Shown in pieces: positions 28,739 through 39,183 of a stretch of DNA of 64,000 nt. Source of the stretch: an uncultured Candidatus Sumerlaeota bacterium (lineage in GTDB: Bacteria; Sumerlaeota; Sumerlaeia; MVZB01); assembly GCA_964473105.1 (NCBI GenBank), contig CAYYNQ010000048.1:97709-161708 (forward strand), given 5' to 3'. A model generated the notes under the pieces. The model was given only the letters and a program-made list of their open reading frames with translations. It was not told the origin of the DNA and did not search any database. Within the stretch, counting starts at the first letter, position 1. Each line of letters starts with the position of its first letter. The position numbers and the translations under genes were made by a program.

Positions 28739-29848
28739 TTACCTTCTTGACGACCCTCTTGACGACCTCCCTGAGGCCTGACCAAATGAAGCCGGGTTCA
28801 TCATCATGGCAACTCCATTCATGCCGGAACCCGCCAAATTGGAGCCCCTCTGGGCTCCTGCTGCATGAGCGGAGTTACGCCTGCCACGACCTGACGCCAT
28901 CTTCTGCTCCTCAATCTTGTCTCGCAGTGACATCGGGTCCCCGTAGGGGATCCAATGGTCGGAATGAGGCGGCCTAACTGACGGCGGCACCGGCGGCAGG
29001 GGGATAAACAGCGTGTAAAATTCACTGGTCAAGTCGTCCTTGTTCGTGCGGTATTCCTGGAGAAAACGATTAGACCAGTCATCCTTGACACGCTGATCCT
29101 TTTCCTGAAACTTGTCCCGGTATTTCGGAACCGCCTGTGCCTCATCAATCGGCATCTCGATAACAACTTTTCCCGGTCCATTGCCAAGATCATCAACCAT
29201 GCGCCAAGCACGGTTACGTGACACCGAATCATGACGCTCGGTACTCATGATATTGAAGCCGTAAAATTCCAATGGGTTCAGTTGGTTCGCAGCCAGCAAC
29301 GCACCCACCAACCGCTCCTTGACACGCTGGTTACTTTGGCCAATGTAATTGTCGTCATTGATATCCACCTTCGTATACTGGTCATCATTCGCTTCAACAT
29401 CTCCATTGGTCCCGTCATCAAAATAGGATTCCTTGTCTGTTGCGGGAACTTCCTTGATCTGGGCGTCATCGAGCAGATCACCGGTGATGGCATCGAAGAT
29501 TCGTGTCCCCGTAATGACCTTGATTTTCGGGATGACTTCCTCGGCTCCAACGGACATATCCATATCCTCGGTATAACCGGATTCCGATGTGGAAGCATCC
29601 ATGGACCCGTCTTCCACCGGTCCGGGAGGGATCGGTAAACCCGCTGTCTCGCGCGCACGGTTGACCGGGTTGAGGCCAGCGCCGCCCCCCATGGACGGGG
29701 GCGCCGTTTCATTCAAGGTATCCATACCGGACATTACAGCGTTCATTTCGGCCAAGCCCTGTGCCCTTGCTGTGGACGGCAGAACTCCGACCCAGAAAAC
29801 CGTCAGGATCAAGCCGAAAAGCGGCGCGTTTTTACTCTGGATCTTCAC
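28739..29848 (-). CDS. Secreted hypothetical protein (acidic core, basic R/S-rich C-terminal tail)
   Basis: GTG start. The signal peptide ends ...VGVLPSTARA|QG. A D/E-rich middle region is followed by a C-terminal GRGRRNS...SRGSSRR tail. Confidence 0.6.
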   Translation of the reverse strand: MKIQSKNAPLFGLILTVFWVGVLPSTARAQGLAEMNAVMSGMDTLNETAPPSMGGGAGLNPVNRARETAGLPIPPGPVEDGSMDASTSESGYTEDMDMSVGAEEVIPKIKVITGTRIFDAITGDLLDDAQIKEVPATDKESYFDDGTNGDVEANDDQYTKVDINDDNYIGQSNQRVKERLVGALLAANQLNPLEFYGFNIMSTERHDSVSRNRAWRMVDDLGNGPGKVVIEMPIDEAQAVPKYRDKFQEKDQRVKDDWSNRFLQEYRTNKDDLTSEFYTLFIPLPPVPPSVRPPHSDHWIPYGDPMSLRDKIEEQKMASGRGRRNSAHAAGAQRGSNLAGSGMNGVAMMMNPASFGQASGRSSRGSSRR

Positions 29849-29890
29849 GTCACATCACCCTGTTAAACACGTTACATCACCCTGCTAAAC
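29846..29890. repeat. Tandem 22-nt direct repeat x2 (ACGTCACATCACCCTGTTAAAC / ACGTTACATCACCCTGCTAAAC) abutting the GTG start of ORF 28739-29848
   Basis: Seen in the sequence with 20/22 identity. On the coding (minus) strand each copy reads GTTTAnCAGGGTGATGTnACGT, so each carries an SD-like AGGGTGA plus a GTG. Confidence 0.45.
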
Positions 29891-30377
29891 CTTTTAGTTC
29901 CAAGGACTTTGTATCTGAAATCATTTAGCTCGAAAATCAAGATGCTGTCAACTTCCAAATAACCTCAATCCATATAGGGCTTCCCGATACAATATAACGG
30001 ACCGTTCCTGTGTGACTCGACCTGTCCCTTCAGAAAAAATCGCCATGGTGTGTAAAATTGAAACATCGTGTCGTCATGGAAATAGGACTGTTAATATTGA
30101 CACGTATATTTTTGTGTTATATTGATATTAAAGTATTTATATTTTATTATAGATCTGTATTCAAGGATTACGAGTCAAGACCAAGGAGCTCAATCTCAAT
30201 TCATCAACCAATACCTGAAATAACTTGGCAGATCAGCGGGGATCAGGCTACACTGCCAGCTGCCGGTAGCTGCGAATGCAGCGGGTCTCGGCAACCCCGC
30301 AGAAGTTTCAGTGGTTCTGCATGAACCGGAACCCTTGAAGCAGAATGATCCCTGTGTTATCCGAGGTAAGGTTCTAG

Positions 30378-30872
30378 ATGCTAGACGATGCCGCCACTTT
30401 GCACAACCTTCTCAATTTCATGCAAGAGATGCAGTCGGATAAGACTGGCAAAAATGACTTGGCAAAACGGCGCCTGGCTCTATTGGAAGAGAGGCGCCGC
30501 GAGCTGTTCGAAAATATAACCTCAAGTAGCCCGGACAACGAATCAAGACGAAAACTTGAAGAGACCGAGCATCAACTCGAACAGACCCGAAAAACCCTGC
30601 TGGAATCTGAGGATGAGTTACGTGTAACGTTGACTGAGCTACGGCAACGGATCCTAAAAATGACGAATGATGAATTGGCCCAGCTTGAAACGGAGAATCG
30701 TGAAATCCGGCTTCGCAAAGAAGAGATCCAGCACGGGTTACTGCCGGAAATCCGTGAGAGGCTGACACGTCTTGAAGAGGAAGAGTCGGATTTGAATCAT
30801 CGGTCGGCATCTGTTGCCAAGCGAATTCGCAAATTAACCGCACTCGATCTGGAGAAAAGTGATGTTGCCTGA
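30378..30872 (+). CDS. Hypothetical cytoplasmic coiled-coil protein (164 aa)
   Basis: E/R/L-rich heptad-like sequence. It lies 60 nt upstream of the FAD oxidoreductase gene, so it may be co-transcribed. Confidence 0.5.
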   Translation: MLDDAATLHNLLNFMQEMQSDKTGKNDLAKRRLALLEERRRELFENITSSSPDNESRRKLEETEHQLEQTRKTLLESEDELRVTLTELRQRILKMTNDELAQLETENREIRLRKEEIQHGLLPEIRERLTRLEEEESDLNHRSASVAKRIRKLTALDLEKSDVA

Positions 30873-30933
30873 CCCCTCGGTTCCCGTCACAGGCTGATCG
30901 TCGCTGACCGCACCGCCCGGTTGCGGAAGGATT

Positions 30934-32436
30934 TTGTCCTTGAACACCAGAAATGCAGTCATTATAGGCTCGGGCGTTGCCGGATTGGCTGCCGCGTTGC
31001 GGCTTGACGGTGAGGGCTCTTGGAAGACAAGACTATTGGAGCGCGAAAACCGCCCTGGCGGTCTTGCCCGTTGTCTCCACTTCAAGGGTATCTCAACCGA
31101 CCTCGGGCCACACCGCATCCACACCGAAATTCCCGAAGTCGGGAAACTAATTGACAGGATCGCAAAAAAATCACTCTATACCGTTCGCCGTTCCAGTCGT
31201 ATCTACCTGCGGGGGCGATTCCTCAATTACCCGCCAGCCCCACTGGAAATGGCACTCAGACTAGGCCCCCACAGGCTGGCGTATTTTGCAGCCAGCTACC
31301 TGTCAGGCAAATTCCGGGGTATTCAGGGCCGTGATACATATGAATCCCTGATGTGCAGGGCCTTCGGCAAGGCTCTGTATGAGTTTCTGCTGAAACCCTA
31401 TACGGAAAAAACCTGGAAAACCCCGGCCACACAGCTCCATGCCGACACGGCCCGCGTTAGGGTCTCGGCCGGCAGCCTTGCCAAAATGACCAAGCGTCTC
31501 CTGAAAAATGAACGTGCCGGAAGTGAGACTGCCCTGAAGGAATTTCAATATGTGCGCGGGGGCGTGGAGACACTTGTAAATCATCTATCCACCCTTGTAT
31601 GCGAAACGGGAGCATCCATCCTGCTAAACAGGGAGGTTCACCAGCTGGACCTTGACCAGTCCACCGGCAAGATTCGGTCGATTCATCACTCGCAGGCGGA
31701 ATGGGCACCGCGGGGACGAAAGCTTCAGTCCGGCCGGCCTGAGAAGCACCCGACAGGACTGCCTCGTGATTCGCAGAGTGAAGTCACAGACCTCGTGATT
31801 TCGACTGTTCCCTTGCCAATGCTGCTTGGAAAACTTCTGCCTCCGATCGACTCGCTGGCCGATGCGCGCACGGCCGCGCAGGGGCTCAAGTACCTGGACA
31901 TGATCTTCGTCCTTTTTATCGTAAAACGAAAGATCATCTCCGGGGACAATTGGCTCTATTTTCCCGAACCGGATCTGGTCTTCAACCGTGGATACGAAGC
32001 CAAGAGTTTCGATCCAAAAATGGGACCGGATGACCGGTCAGTGCTATGCTTGGAGATCACCGTTGGACCCGACGGCCAACTCGGCCATGAATCCGATGAG
32101 TCGATACTTGATCTTGTGCGCGAACAGATCACCAAAACAGGCCTTTTCAGCAGCAAAGAAATCGATGAAGAACATGTTTATCGGCTACCCTATGCCTACC
32201 CTCTCTACACCATTGACTATGACCAGCGACTGGCCCGTGTTTTCAGGGGACTACGCGGAATCCGTAACCTGATCACCGTTGGAAGACAGGGCCTTTTCAA
32301 TCATAATAACATGGACCACTCGATATACATGGGTCTGCGTGCAGCGGACACACTCAACCGTTATCAAACAGGGGAAGCTGTCGACCACTGGTATGACCAG
32401 GTCGATGGATTCAAGCGCATGAGAATCATCGATTGA
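30934..32436 (+). CDS. FAD-dependent oxidoreductase (amine oxidase / protoporphyrinogen oxidase / CrtI-like fold)
   Basis: N-terminal dinucleotide-binding GxGxxG (VIIGSGVAGLAAA) and a C-terminal FAD motif (VGRQGLFNHNNMDHSIYMGLRAA). The TTG start is preceded by GGAAGGA. Confidence 0.75.
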   Translation: MSLNTRNAVIIGSGVAGLAAALRLDGEGSWKTRLLERENRPGGLARCLHFKGISTDLGPHRIHTEIPEVGKLIDRIAKKSLYTVRRSSRIYLRGRFLNYPPAPLEMALRLGPHRLAYFAASYLSGKFRGIQGRDTYESLMCRAFGKALYEFLLKPYTEKTWKTPATQLHADTARVRVSAGSLAKMTKRLLKNERAGSETALKEFQYVRGGVETLVNHLSTLVCETGASILLNREVHQLDLDQSTGKIRSIHHSQAEWAPRGRKLQSGRPEKHPTGLPRDSQSEVTDLVISTVPLPMLLGKLLPPIDSLADARTAAQGLKYLDMIFVLFIVKRKIISGDNWLYFPEPDLVFNRGYEAKSFDPKMGPDDRSVLCLEITVGPDGQLGHESDESILDLVREQITKTGLFSSKEIDEEHVYRLPYAYPLYTIDYDQRLARVFRGLRGIRNLITVGRQGLFNHNNMDHSIYMGLRAADTLNRYQTGEAVDHWYDQVDGFKRMRIID

Positions 32437-32633
32437 AAAGGAAGGTCATGGGCCCTTCAATACACTTCCTGAATCTCTCCGCCCCCCACTCCGGGCAGGA
32501 TCGGTTTTTAGGGCTTGAATTAATTTCCTTGTTCGGCGAGAATCACCTCGTATTATGCGACGAAAAATGGCTACGGGGGCCGGGCAGACACTGGTTCTCG
32601 GATAGTTTATAGCAATTGAAAGGAAGGTCCAGG

Positions 32634-33191
32634 ATGAAACATAAGTTTCGGATTTGCGTAGCCCTACTCAGCATGACAGGGCTGTTTTTCGCCACCGGGT
32701 GTTCCTGGTTGCCCATCGGAGGAGAAACTGGTTCGGATAACGAGGAAAATGCCTCGGGAGCCGGCTGGAACGATGGAGGTGATGTCCCGCCTATGCCTGA
32801 AAGCACGGGGGATGACGCCTCCGGCCAACTCGTCCGTCCGGGCGAAACAGTCGATTTTCCAGAAATGAAAGTGATCTATTTTGACTACAACCGCTTCAAC
32901 ATAAGGGCAGACCAACGTGAAATCCTGGTTCAAAACCTGAAACGTCTGAACGACAACCCACAGGATAAGGTCTACATCGAAGGTCATTGCGATGAACGCG
33001 GAACGATCGAGTATAATTTCAACCTCGGACAGAGACGGGCAAATGTCATCCGAGATTATTTTATCGAGAATGGCGTCAATGCCGACCGGATTGCAACTGT
33101 CAGCAAGGGCGAGGAAGAGCCGTCCGTGACGGGCCATACCGAGGCGGCGTGGTCCCAAAACCGGCGCTGCGAATTCCGGCGGATGTATTAG
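32634..33191 (+). CDS. pal: Peptidoglycan-associated lipoprotein (OmpA-family C-terminal domain)
   Basis: Lipobox FFATGC, then the OmpA-like domain (IYFDYNRFNIR...YIEGHCDERGTIEYNFNLGQRRANVIRDYF...RRCEF). The ATG at 32634 has an AAGGAAGG RBS and the stop is TAG. Confidence 0.85.
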   Translation: MKHKFRICVALLSMTGLFFATGCSWLPIGGETGSDNEENASGAGWNDGGDVPPMPESTGDDASGQLVRPGETVDFPEMKVIYFDYNRFNIRADQREILVQNLKRLNDNPQDKVYIEGHCDERGTIEYNFNLGQRRANVIRDYFIENGVNADRIATVSKGEEEPSVTGHTEAAWSQNRRCEFRRMY

Positions 33192-33295
33192 TCGGTCGGC
33201 CTCCTGAAACAATGGAATCCCGAAAAACCGTGGACCCTTGACCGGGTTCCACGGTTTTTTTGGGTCCTGCACCGGTCGCTATTACGGAGGTCTAA

Positions 33296-34342
33296 CTAGA
33301 CAGTCGACCGGTAGACCTCGGCCATCTCCTGCAGCGTGACCGGCTTGAAATCCGTTGCATGGCCAGCCTGTCCGAAGGCCTTCATTCTCTTCAGGTAAAC
33401 ATCCTTCATCGCTTCACGTGCCGGGACCAGATACTGGCGTGGATCGAAATGACCGGGATTCTCGGCAAGATGTCTGCGTATTGCGCCCGTCATCGCCAGT
33501 CTGCTGTCCGTATCCACATTGACTTTTCTGACGCCGTGCTTGATGCCATCCTGAATTTCCTCAATCGGAACGCCGAATGTCCCAGGCATATCTCCACCAT
33601 ACTGATTCATGATGTCCACCAGTTCACATGGGACGGAACTGGATCCATGCATCACCAGATGACAATTAGGCATTTTTTCATGGATTTCATGGATCCGGTC
33701 CATTGCCAGTTTTGGAGGCAGCATTGCACCGGTCTTGGGATCTTTCCTGAGGCTCTTGTAAGCGCCATGGCTCGTACCGATCGCAACAGCCAGCGCATCA
33801 AGGCCAGTCTTGGCAACGAAATCCTCCGCTTGTTTCGGATCTGTCAGGTGCTCGTCCAGTTCATCGCCTTCCAGACCTGCGCCCTGTCCATCCTCGATGC
33901 CACCGAGACAACCCAGTTCACCTTCGACCGTCACGCCCAAGGGATGAGCTAGCTCAACAACCCTGCGTGTCACAGCGGCATTATCTTCATAGCTGAGAGG
34001 CACCTTACCCGACTCATCGAGCGAGCCGTCCATCATGACGCTTGTAAAGCCGAGATCAATGGCCATTTGACATGTCTCGGGACTGTTCCCGTGATCCAAG
34101 TGCATTGCGATGGGAATCCGTGGACATTCCTCTGCAGCCGCCTCAATCAATTTCTTAAGATAGATCATCTTGCTGTATTTCAACGCACCGCGGCTTGCCT
34201 GAATGATGACCGGGCTATGGACTTCGACGGCCGCCTCCATGATCGCCTGGATCTGTTCCATATTGTTCACATTAAAGGCGCCAACTCCGTATCCGGCCTT
34301 CGCAGCCTCATCGAGTATCTGGCGCATCGGGACTAAAGGCAT
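33296..34342 (-). CDS. fba: Fructose-bisphosphate aldolase, class II
   Basis: [28 protein letters not shown]-terminus, and the HLDHG and GTSHGAYK motifs. The ATG has a GGAGGAG RBS; the track ORF begins 2 codons upstream at a TTG. Confidence 0.9.
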   Translation of the reverse strand: MPLVPMRQILDEAAKAGYGVGAFNVNNMEQIQAIMEAAVEVHSPVIIQASRGALKYSKMIYLKKLIEAAAEECPRIPIAMHLDHGNSPETCQMAIDLGFTSVMMDGSLDESGKVPLSYEDNAAVTRRVVELAHPLGVTVEGELGCLGGIEDGQGAGLEGDELDEHLTDPKQAEDFVAKTGLDALAVAIGTSHGAYKSLRKDPKTGAMLPPKLAMDRIHEIHEKMPNCHLVMHGSSSVPCELVDIMNQYGGDMPGTFGVPIEEIQDGIKHGVRKVNVDTDSRLAMTGAIRRHLAENPGHFDPRQYLVPAREAMKDVYLKRMKAFGQAGHATDFKPVTLQEMAEVYRSTV

Positions 34343-34496
34343 TTCCAATCTCCTCCATCAAATTTGATATTGATCACGCACAATGGGATGCTCACAAAAC
34401 CGGCCGAAGGGTCCCGAAATCGAACACGTCTGGAAACCCTCATGCATCACCATCAATCACATCGCAAAGCCCGCTTGGAGCTTAGCATACCGAATT

Positions 34497-35840
34497 TCAG
34501 GGCGCACGGAGATCCACACAGTGAAGCACTGACTGACTGCGAATCAGAAGGCGGCCGTCTGCCAGCGCAAGCGGCGACCACATCTGAAGATCTTCACGGG
34601 GGCCATCCGTTCCAAACAGGTTGGCCTCGGCCAACGGGACATATTTCTCGGGTCCGGGTTCAATCAACCTCAGGTGGCCTGACCTTCCGTCCTGACTGAT
34701 CAGCATCCCGTCGGCCAACAACATGCAACCGCGGCCCAGATTGGGCTGGTTACCGGTTCTCCACAACACCTCACCTCTCAGGTTCAAACATAATAATCCG
34801 CCGTCGGCTAACCAACGCAGACCCCTTTGGTTGCTATTGTTATTCACCAAAAGGTATATATATCCCTCATAGTAAACAGCCGGATGGAGGTGCGAACCTC
34901 TTTCAATACGAAACACTTCGCTTGCCGACCAAGTTCCTTGGTCACCTGATATCTCCAAAAGAACTGTAAGCGGAGTATATCCTTCCGTCACCAGTAGCCT
35001 GTTTGTTTCGACCTGCGTTACCGTCGCTACCGGCATAAGTGACCTGAAGTTGTCATATTTCCACAGGATCCTGCCCGAATCCGGATCGATCCCATGAACA
35101 ATCGCACTACCCGAAGGGCTGGCCTCACTCTTTGCCTCTCTGTTGCTACTGATAAAGACAACCTGGTCCATACCTTCAATGCGTACATGACTGGATGTCA
35201 TGCAACTGGACAGTGGGGTCTCGATTCTCCATGTTTCGTGCCCGGTTTTAGATTCTAGTGCCACCAAACCGGCCGCCGGAGACAAGGGAGCGACGATGAC
35301 TTGGTCCTTCCAGAGTACCGGAGAGTGTGAATAACCAAACATTGGAACCTCAGTCGGATATTTCTCACCAAGCAGGATGGTCCATACAGGTTTGTGAGTT
35401 TCACGGTCAATACAAAGAACACGACCGAATCCCGACACACAGAAAACGGAAGTGTTGTTTACGGCGGGAACAGTCCTCGATCCCGGGTAGGACAACTTGC
35501 CCGGTTGTGGGCTTTCATGGGTCCAAATGGATTTCCCACTCTCAAGGTCAATACACCGAAGCACATCCTTTGCCCCGGCAACCCGATCGAAGATGAAAAC
35601 CTCACCACGATGTACGGAACATCCGCCGAAACCCGGCCCCACATCGGCCGACCAGAGAATCCTTGCCCCCCCCGGTGAAAAGAAACGCACCAGATTTTTT
35701 TCCTCCGAGACATTGTCCCCTCCGGGCCCCTGAAAGCCTGGCCAATCGGCGAAACAAACCGCTCGAGGACCGAAAAATAATCCTACAATGATGATGAATA
35801 GGTATAGACGCATCTCTTTTCCAACCAAGGAGGCAAACAT
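34497..35840 (-). CDS. PQQ-like beta-propeller repeat protein (BamB-like), secreted
   Basis: A signal peptide is followed by repeated ...W...G....SP..... blades of the kind seen in PQQ/BamB propellers. Confidence 0.7.
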   Translation of the reverse strand: MFASLVGKEMRLYLFIIIVGLFFGPRAVCFADWPGFQGPGGDNVSEEKNLVRFFSPGGARILWSADVGPGFGGCSVHRGEVFIFDRVAGAKDVLRCIDLESGKSIWTHESPQPGKLSYPGSRTVPAVNNTSVFCVSGFGRVLCIDRETHKPVWTILLGEKYPTEVPMFGYSHSPVLWKDQVIVAPLSPAAGLVALESKTGHETWRIETPLSSCMTSSHVRIEGMDQVVFISSNREAKSEASPSGSAIVHGIDPDSGRILWKYDNFRSLMPVATVTQVETNRLLVTEGYTPLTVLLEISGDQGTWSASEVFRIERGSHLHPAVYYEGYIYLLVNNNSNQRGLRWLADGGLLCLNLRGEVLWRTGNQPNLGRGCMLLADGMLISQDGRSGHLRLIEPGPEKYVPLAEANLFGTDGPREDLQMWSPLALADGRLLIRSQSVLHCVDLRAP

Positions 35841-35848
35841 AAATGGGC

Positions 35849-37117
35849 TCAGATTTCCGTTCCCGGTTCAAGGGTAGCATGTTTCGGGATAATTACCACC
35901 CCATCACGGATATAATATTGCTCATTGGGGCCGTCATATTCATGATGATGTTCACGGTTCAGGATGCTACAACCCCGGCCGATTCTTGCATTCTTGTCGA
36001 TGATTGTGTTTTCAATCCTGCAGTCATCACCAATTCCAATGGGCGGAGCCCCGGCAGATAACGGTTCGCGTGTCTGTTCGGGGCCCATGTGTTCATAATA
36101 GTCAGCACCCATCATCATGGTTCTCGACATCCTGACATTTTTCCCGATAATGCTCCGTATCCCGATCAGGCAGGATTCCAGTTCAGCCTGTTCGATACGG
36201 CAACCGGATGCAATTCGGGCGTTTTTCAGCCTGATATCCAGCATACTTGCCGCGGGCAGAAACCTCAGACGGGTGTATATAGGAGCTGTCTGGTCGAAGA
36301 AGACAAATGGTGGATCGGGCTGCGTGATGGAGATGTTCATGTCGTAGAATGCGCGAATAGTACCGATATCCTCCCAGAAGCCATTGAATACATATCCAAA
36401 AACCTTCCGGGTAACGACGGCCGACGGCACGATATTGTGTCCAAAGTCATTCATCATGGGATTATCAAGGAAATCCTGCAGGACTGAAGTCTTGAAGATA
36501 TAAATACCCATTGAGGCCAAATAGGGATGGTCCTCGCCCATTCCCCATTTCTGACGGATGGCGGACGAAGCAGCTAGCGACGGGAGATCCTTCTGAACGG
36601 GTTTCTCATGCATAGCTCGGACCCGGTCTTTTTCATCCAGAGTAACGATGCCAAAGTCCTGGGCACGTTTCTGTTCCGTTGAATGCAGGGCAATGGTCAC
36701 ATCTGCATTCTGATTAATATGAAACTGGAGCACCTCTCCCAAATTCATCCGGAAGACTGCATCACCGGGGAGGATCAGGATGTGTTCCGGTCGCCGCCGA
36801 AGAAAATCCTTCATATTACGCCTGACAGCATCGGAAGTCCCCTGGTACCAGTCCATATTCTCATCGCTCTGACTTGCAGCCTGAAGGCGCACAAAACCAC
36901 GGTTAAACGGATCAAACTGGTATGTCGCGGAAATGTGCTGGTTCAGAGAGCTCGAATTGAACTGGGTCAGGACGTAAATGCGGTTGAATCCGGAATTGAT
37001 GCAGTTGCTGATCGGGATATCAATCAGTCTGAATTTTCCGGCAATCGGCACCGCGGGCTTGGCACGATATTTCGTCAGGGGCCACAACCGAGATCCGCGA
37101 CCGCCACCGAGGATCAC
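35849..37117 (-). CDS. glgC: Glucose-1-phosphate adenylyltransferase
   Basis: ILGGGRGSRLWPLTKYRAKPAVPIAGKFRLIDIPISNCINSG N-terminus and a left-handed beta-helix C-terminus. The only in-frame start after the upstream stop is the GTG at 37117. Confidence 0.85.
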   Translation of the reverse strand: MILGGGRGSRLWPLTKYRAKPAVPIAGKFRLIDIPISNCINSGFNRIYVLTQFNSSSLNQHISATYQFDPFNRGFVRLQAASQSDENMDWYQGTSDAVRRNMKDFLRRRPEHILILPGDAVFRMNLGEVLQFHINQNADVTIALHSTEQKRAQDFGIVTLDEKDRVRAMHEKPVQKDLPSLAASSAIRQKWGMGEDHPYLASMGIYIFKTSVLQDFLDNPMMNDFGHNIVPSAVVTRKVFGYVFNGFWEDIGTIRAFYDMNISITQPDPPFVFFDQTAPIYTRLRFLPAASMLDIRLKNARIASGCRIEQAELESCLIGIRSIIGKNVRMSRTMMMGADYYEHMGPEQTREPLSAGAPPIGIGDDCRIENTIIDKNARIGRGCSILNREHHHEYDGPNEQYYIRDGVVIIPKHATLEPGTEI

Positions 37118-37450
37118 GGCTATTGCCGATTGTGTGAGTTGACTGGCGACATTCGGCAGAGCGATGAGCCGTTACCTCCGTTGAGTTGAACCTCTTCATG
37201 ATACCTGAAAGCTGAGATTGTCCTAACCCCTGCCCCTACCCAAATCCAGTCCCTTTTAACGGATATTCCAGGGTCTTTCCATAATTTTACAGCCCAAGCG
37301 TGCGTGAATTTTACATGCAATTTATTCGCTGAGTGGATAAGATGTGGGTTCCCCGGCGTGATTCAGAACGTAAATTCCCCAACGTTTCTGGTTCCCAGCG
37401 GGACACCCAGATCAGAATGTGGAAGGTGATAAAGGACAATGTGCCAATCA

Positions 37451-39121
37451 ATGAAGCGGCGCAGTCGGTTGACCACCGAAGGACCCGGACGGGCTCCCAA
37501 CCGGGCCATGCTGCGTGCCGTGGGGTTCATCGATGATGATTTTGAACGTCCCATGGTTGGGGTTGCCTCCCTGCACAGTGATATCACTCCCTGCAACGCA
37601 AACTTGGACAGGCTCGCCCGAAAAGGTGTTGAAGGAATACGCGCCGCAGGTGGTGTTCCACAAATCTACGGTGCACCGACAGCTAGCGATGGCATCATGA
37701 TGGGACACCAAGGCATGCGAATGAGCCTGGTCAGTCGCGAAGTGATCGCCGACTCGATCGAGGTAACCAGCGGCGGAATGAATCACGATGGGGTTCTGGC
37801 TTTCGGAGGCTGCGACAAGAACATGCCCGGCTGCCTGATGGGGATGGCGCGTCTCAATACACCTGGTATTTTCGTCTACGGCGGAAGTATCCTGCCGGGT
37901 ATAGGACGTCAGGGAGAAGTCATCGACATCATCTCGATTTTTGAAGCCGTCGGGAAATTCCAGACCGGATCGATCGACCAAAAGGATTTGACATTTGTCG
38001 AAACGGGGGCCTGCCCCGGTGCCGGAGCCTGTGGCGGAATGTACACCGCCAACACGATGAGTTCAGCCATTGAGGCCATGGGGCTCAGCCTACCCTATGG
38101 CGCGAGTAACCCGGCCGTCTCCGCAGCCAAGGAACGAGAGTCCTATCTTGCAGGCCAGGCTCTCGTCAGACTCATTGAACAGAATATTTCCACAAGGGAC
38201 ATCATCACCCGCGAGTCGCTGGAAAACGCATACACCCTAGTTTTGGCGCTCGGGGGGTCCACCAATGCGGTCCTCCACCTTATGGCCATTGCAAACGAGG
38301 CCGAGGTTGAATGGTCACTCGATGATTTCGACCGACTGGGCGACCGGGTCCCGCATCTGGCAGACCTAAAACCCGGAGGACGTTATGTCATGCATGACCT
38401 TCATTGTGCAGGCGGAACACCACCCGTCATGCGTGCCCTTCTCGACAAAAATTTCCTGAACGGCGACTGCATGACCTGCACGGGACGAACCCTAGCTGAG
38501 AACCTGAATAATGTCGAGAGCATCTATGAAAGAAAACAATCCGTGATCAAACCCTTCGATAAACCAATGCATGGAACCGGTCACCTAGTGGTACTCAGGG
38601 GCAACCTTGCGCCGGAGGGAGCCGTTGCAAAGGTGGCGGGGCTGAAGAAACTGAGCCTCACCGGCCCGGCACGGGTATTTGAGGGAGAGGAGGCATGCTT
38701 TGAAGCCATTCGCAAACGTGAAATCAGATCCGGCGATGTCATCGTGATCAGAGGTGAAGGTCCGGTGGGCGGACCCGGGATGCGTGAAATGTTGGCCGTA
38801 ACAGCTGCGCTCGTCGGGCAGGGACTAGGCGAAAAAGTTGGCCTGATAACCGATGGCCGCTTCAGCGGCGGCAGCCATGGACTGGTTGTCGGCCACGTTG
38901 CACCAGAAGCCTGGGTCGGCGGGCCAATCGGCCTTGTGAAAGAAAGTGATTCCATCACCATAGATGCCGAAAAGAAGCTACTCCGGATCCATATCAACGA
39001 TAAGGAATTGGAGACACGGAAAGCCTTATGGATCAAGCCGGAAATACGTGAGAAACGTGGTGTATTGGCAAAATATGCCGCAACCGTCCGTTCTGCATCC
39101 GAGGGCGCTGTCACATCCTGA
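37451..39121 (+). CDS. ilvD: Dihydroxy-acid dehydratase
   Basis: [26 protein letters not shown] aligns with the E. coli IlvD N-terminus. [16 protein letters not shown] cluster ligands and a SGGSHG motif are present. The track ORF begins 4 codons upstream, at 37439. Confidence 0.9.
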   Translation: MKRRSRLTTEGPGRAPNRAMLRAVGFIDDDFERPMVGVASLHSDITPCNANLDRLARKGVEGIRAAGGVPQIYGAPTASDGIMMGHQGMRMSLVSREVIADSIEVTSGGMNHDGVLAFGGCDKNMPGCLMGMARLNTPGIFVYGGSILPGIGRQGEVIDIISIFEAVGKFQTGSIDQKDLTFVETGACPGAGACGGMYTANTMSSAIEAMGLSLPYGASNPAVSAAKERESYLAGQALVRLIEQNISTRDIITRESLENAYTLVLALGGSTNAVLHLMAIANEAEVEWSLDDFDRLGDRVPHLADLKPGGRYVMHDLHCAGGTPPVMRALLDKNFLNGDCMTCTGRTLAENLNNVESIYERKQSVIKPFDKPMHGTGHLVVLRGNLAPEGAVAKVAGLKKLSLTGPARVFEGEEACFEAIRKREIRSGDVIVIRGEGPVGGPGMREMLAVTAALVGQGLGEKVGLITDGRFSGGSHGLVVGHVAPEAWVGGPIGLVKESDSITIDAEKKLLRIHINDKELETRKALWIKPEIREKRGVLAKYAATVRSASEGAVTS

Positions 39122-39183
39122 TTGATCGGGCCAGCACCGTAACCGAGAATTTATCCCGACCGCCCCCCAAAAAACCAAGGTCC

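Noticed and set aside
35843-36061. 72-aa plus-strand ORF preceded by a perfect AAGGAGG Shine-Dalgarno, inside glgC
   Set aside because: It overlaps the well-supported glgC CDS and the PQQ-propeller gene start on the opposite strand. The SD-like sequence is the reverse complement of coding sequence near that gene start, and the peptide has no protein-like features.
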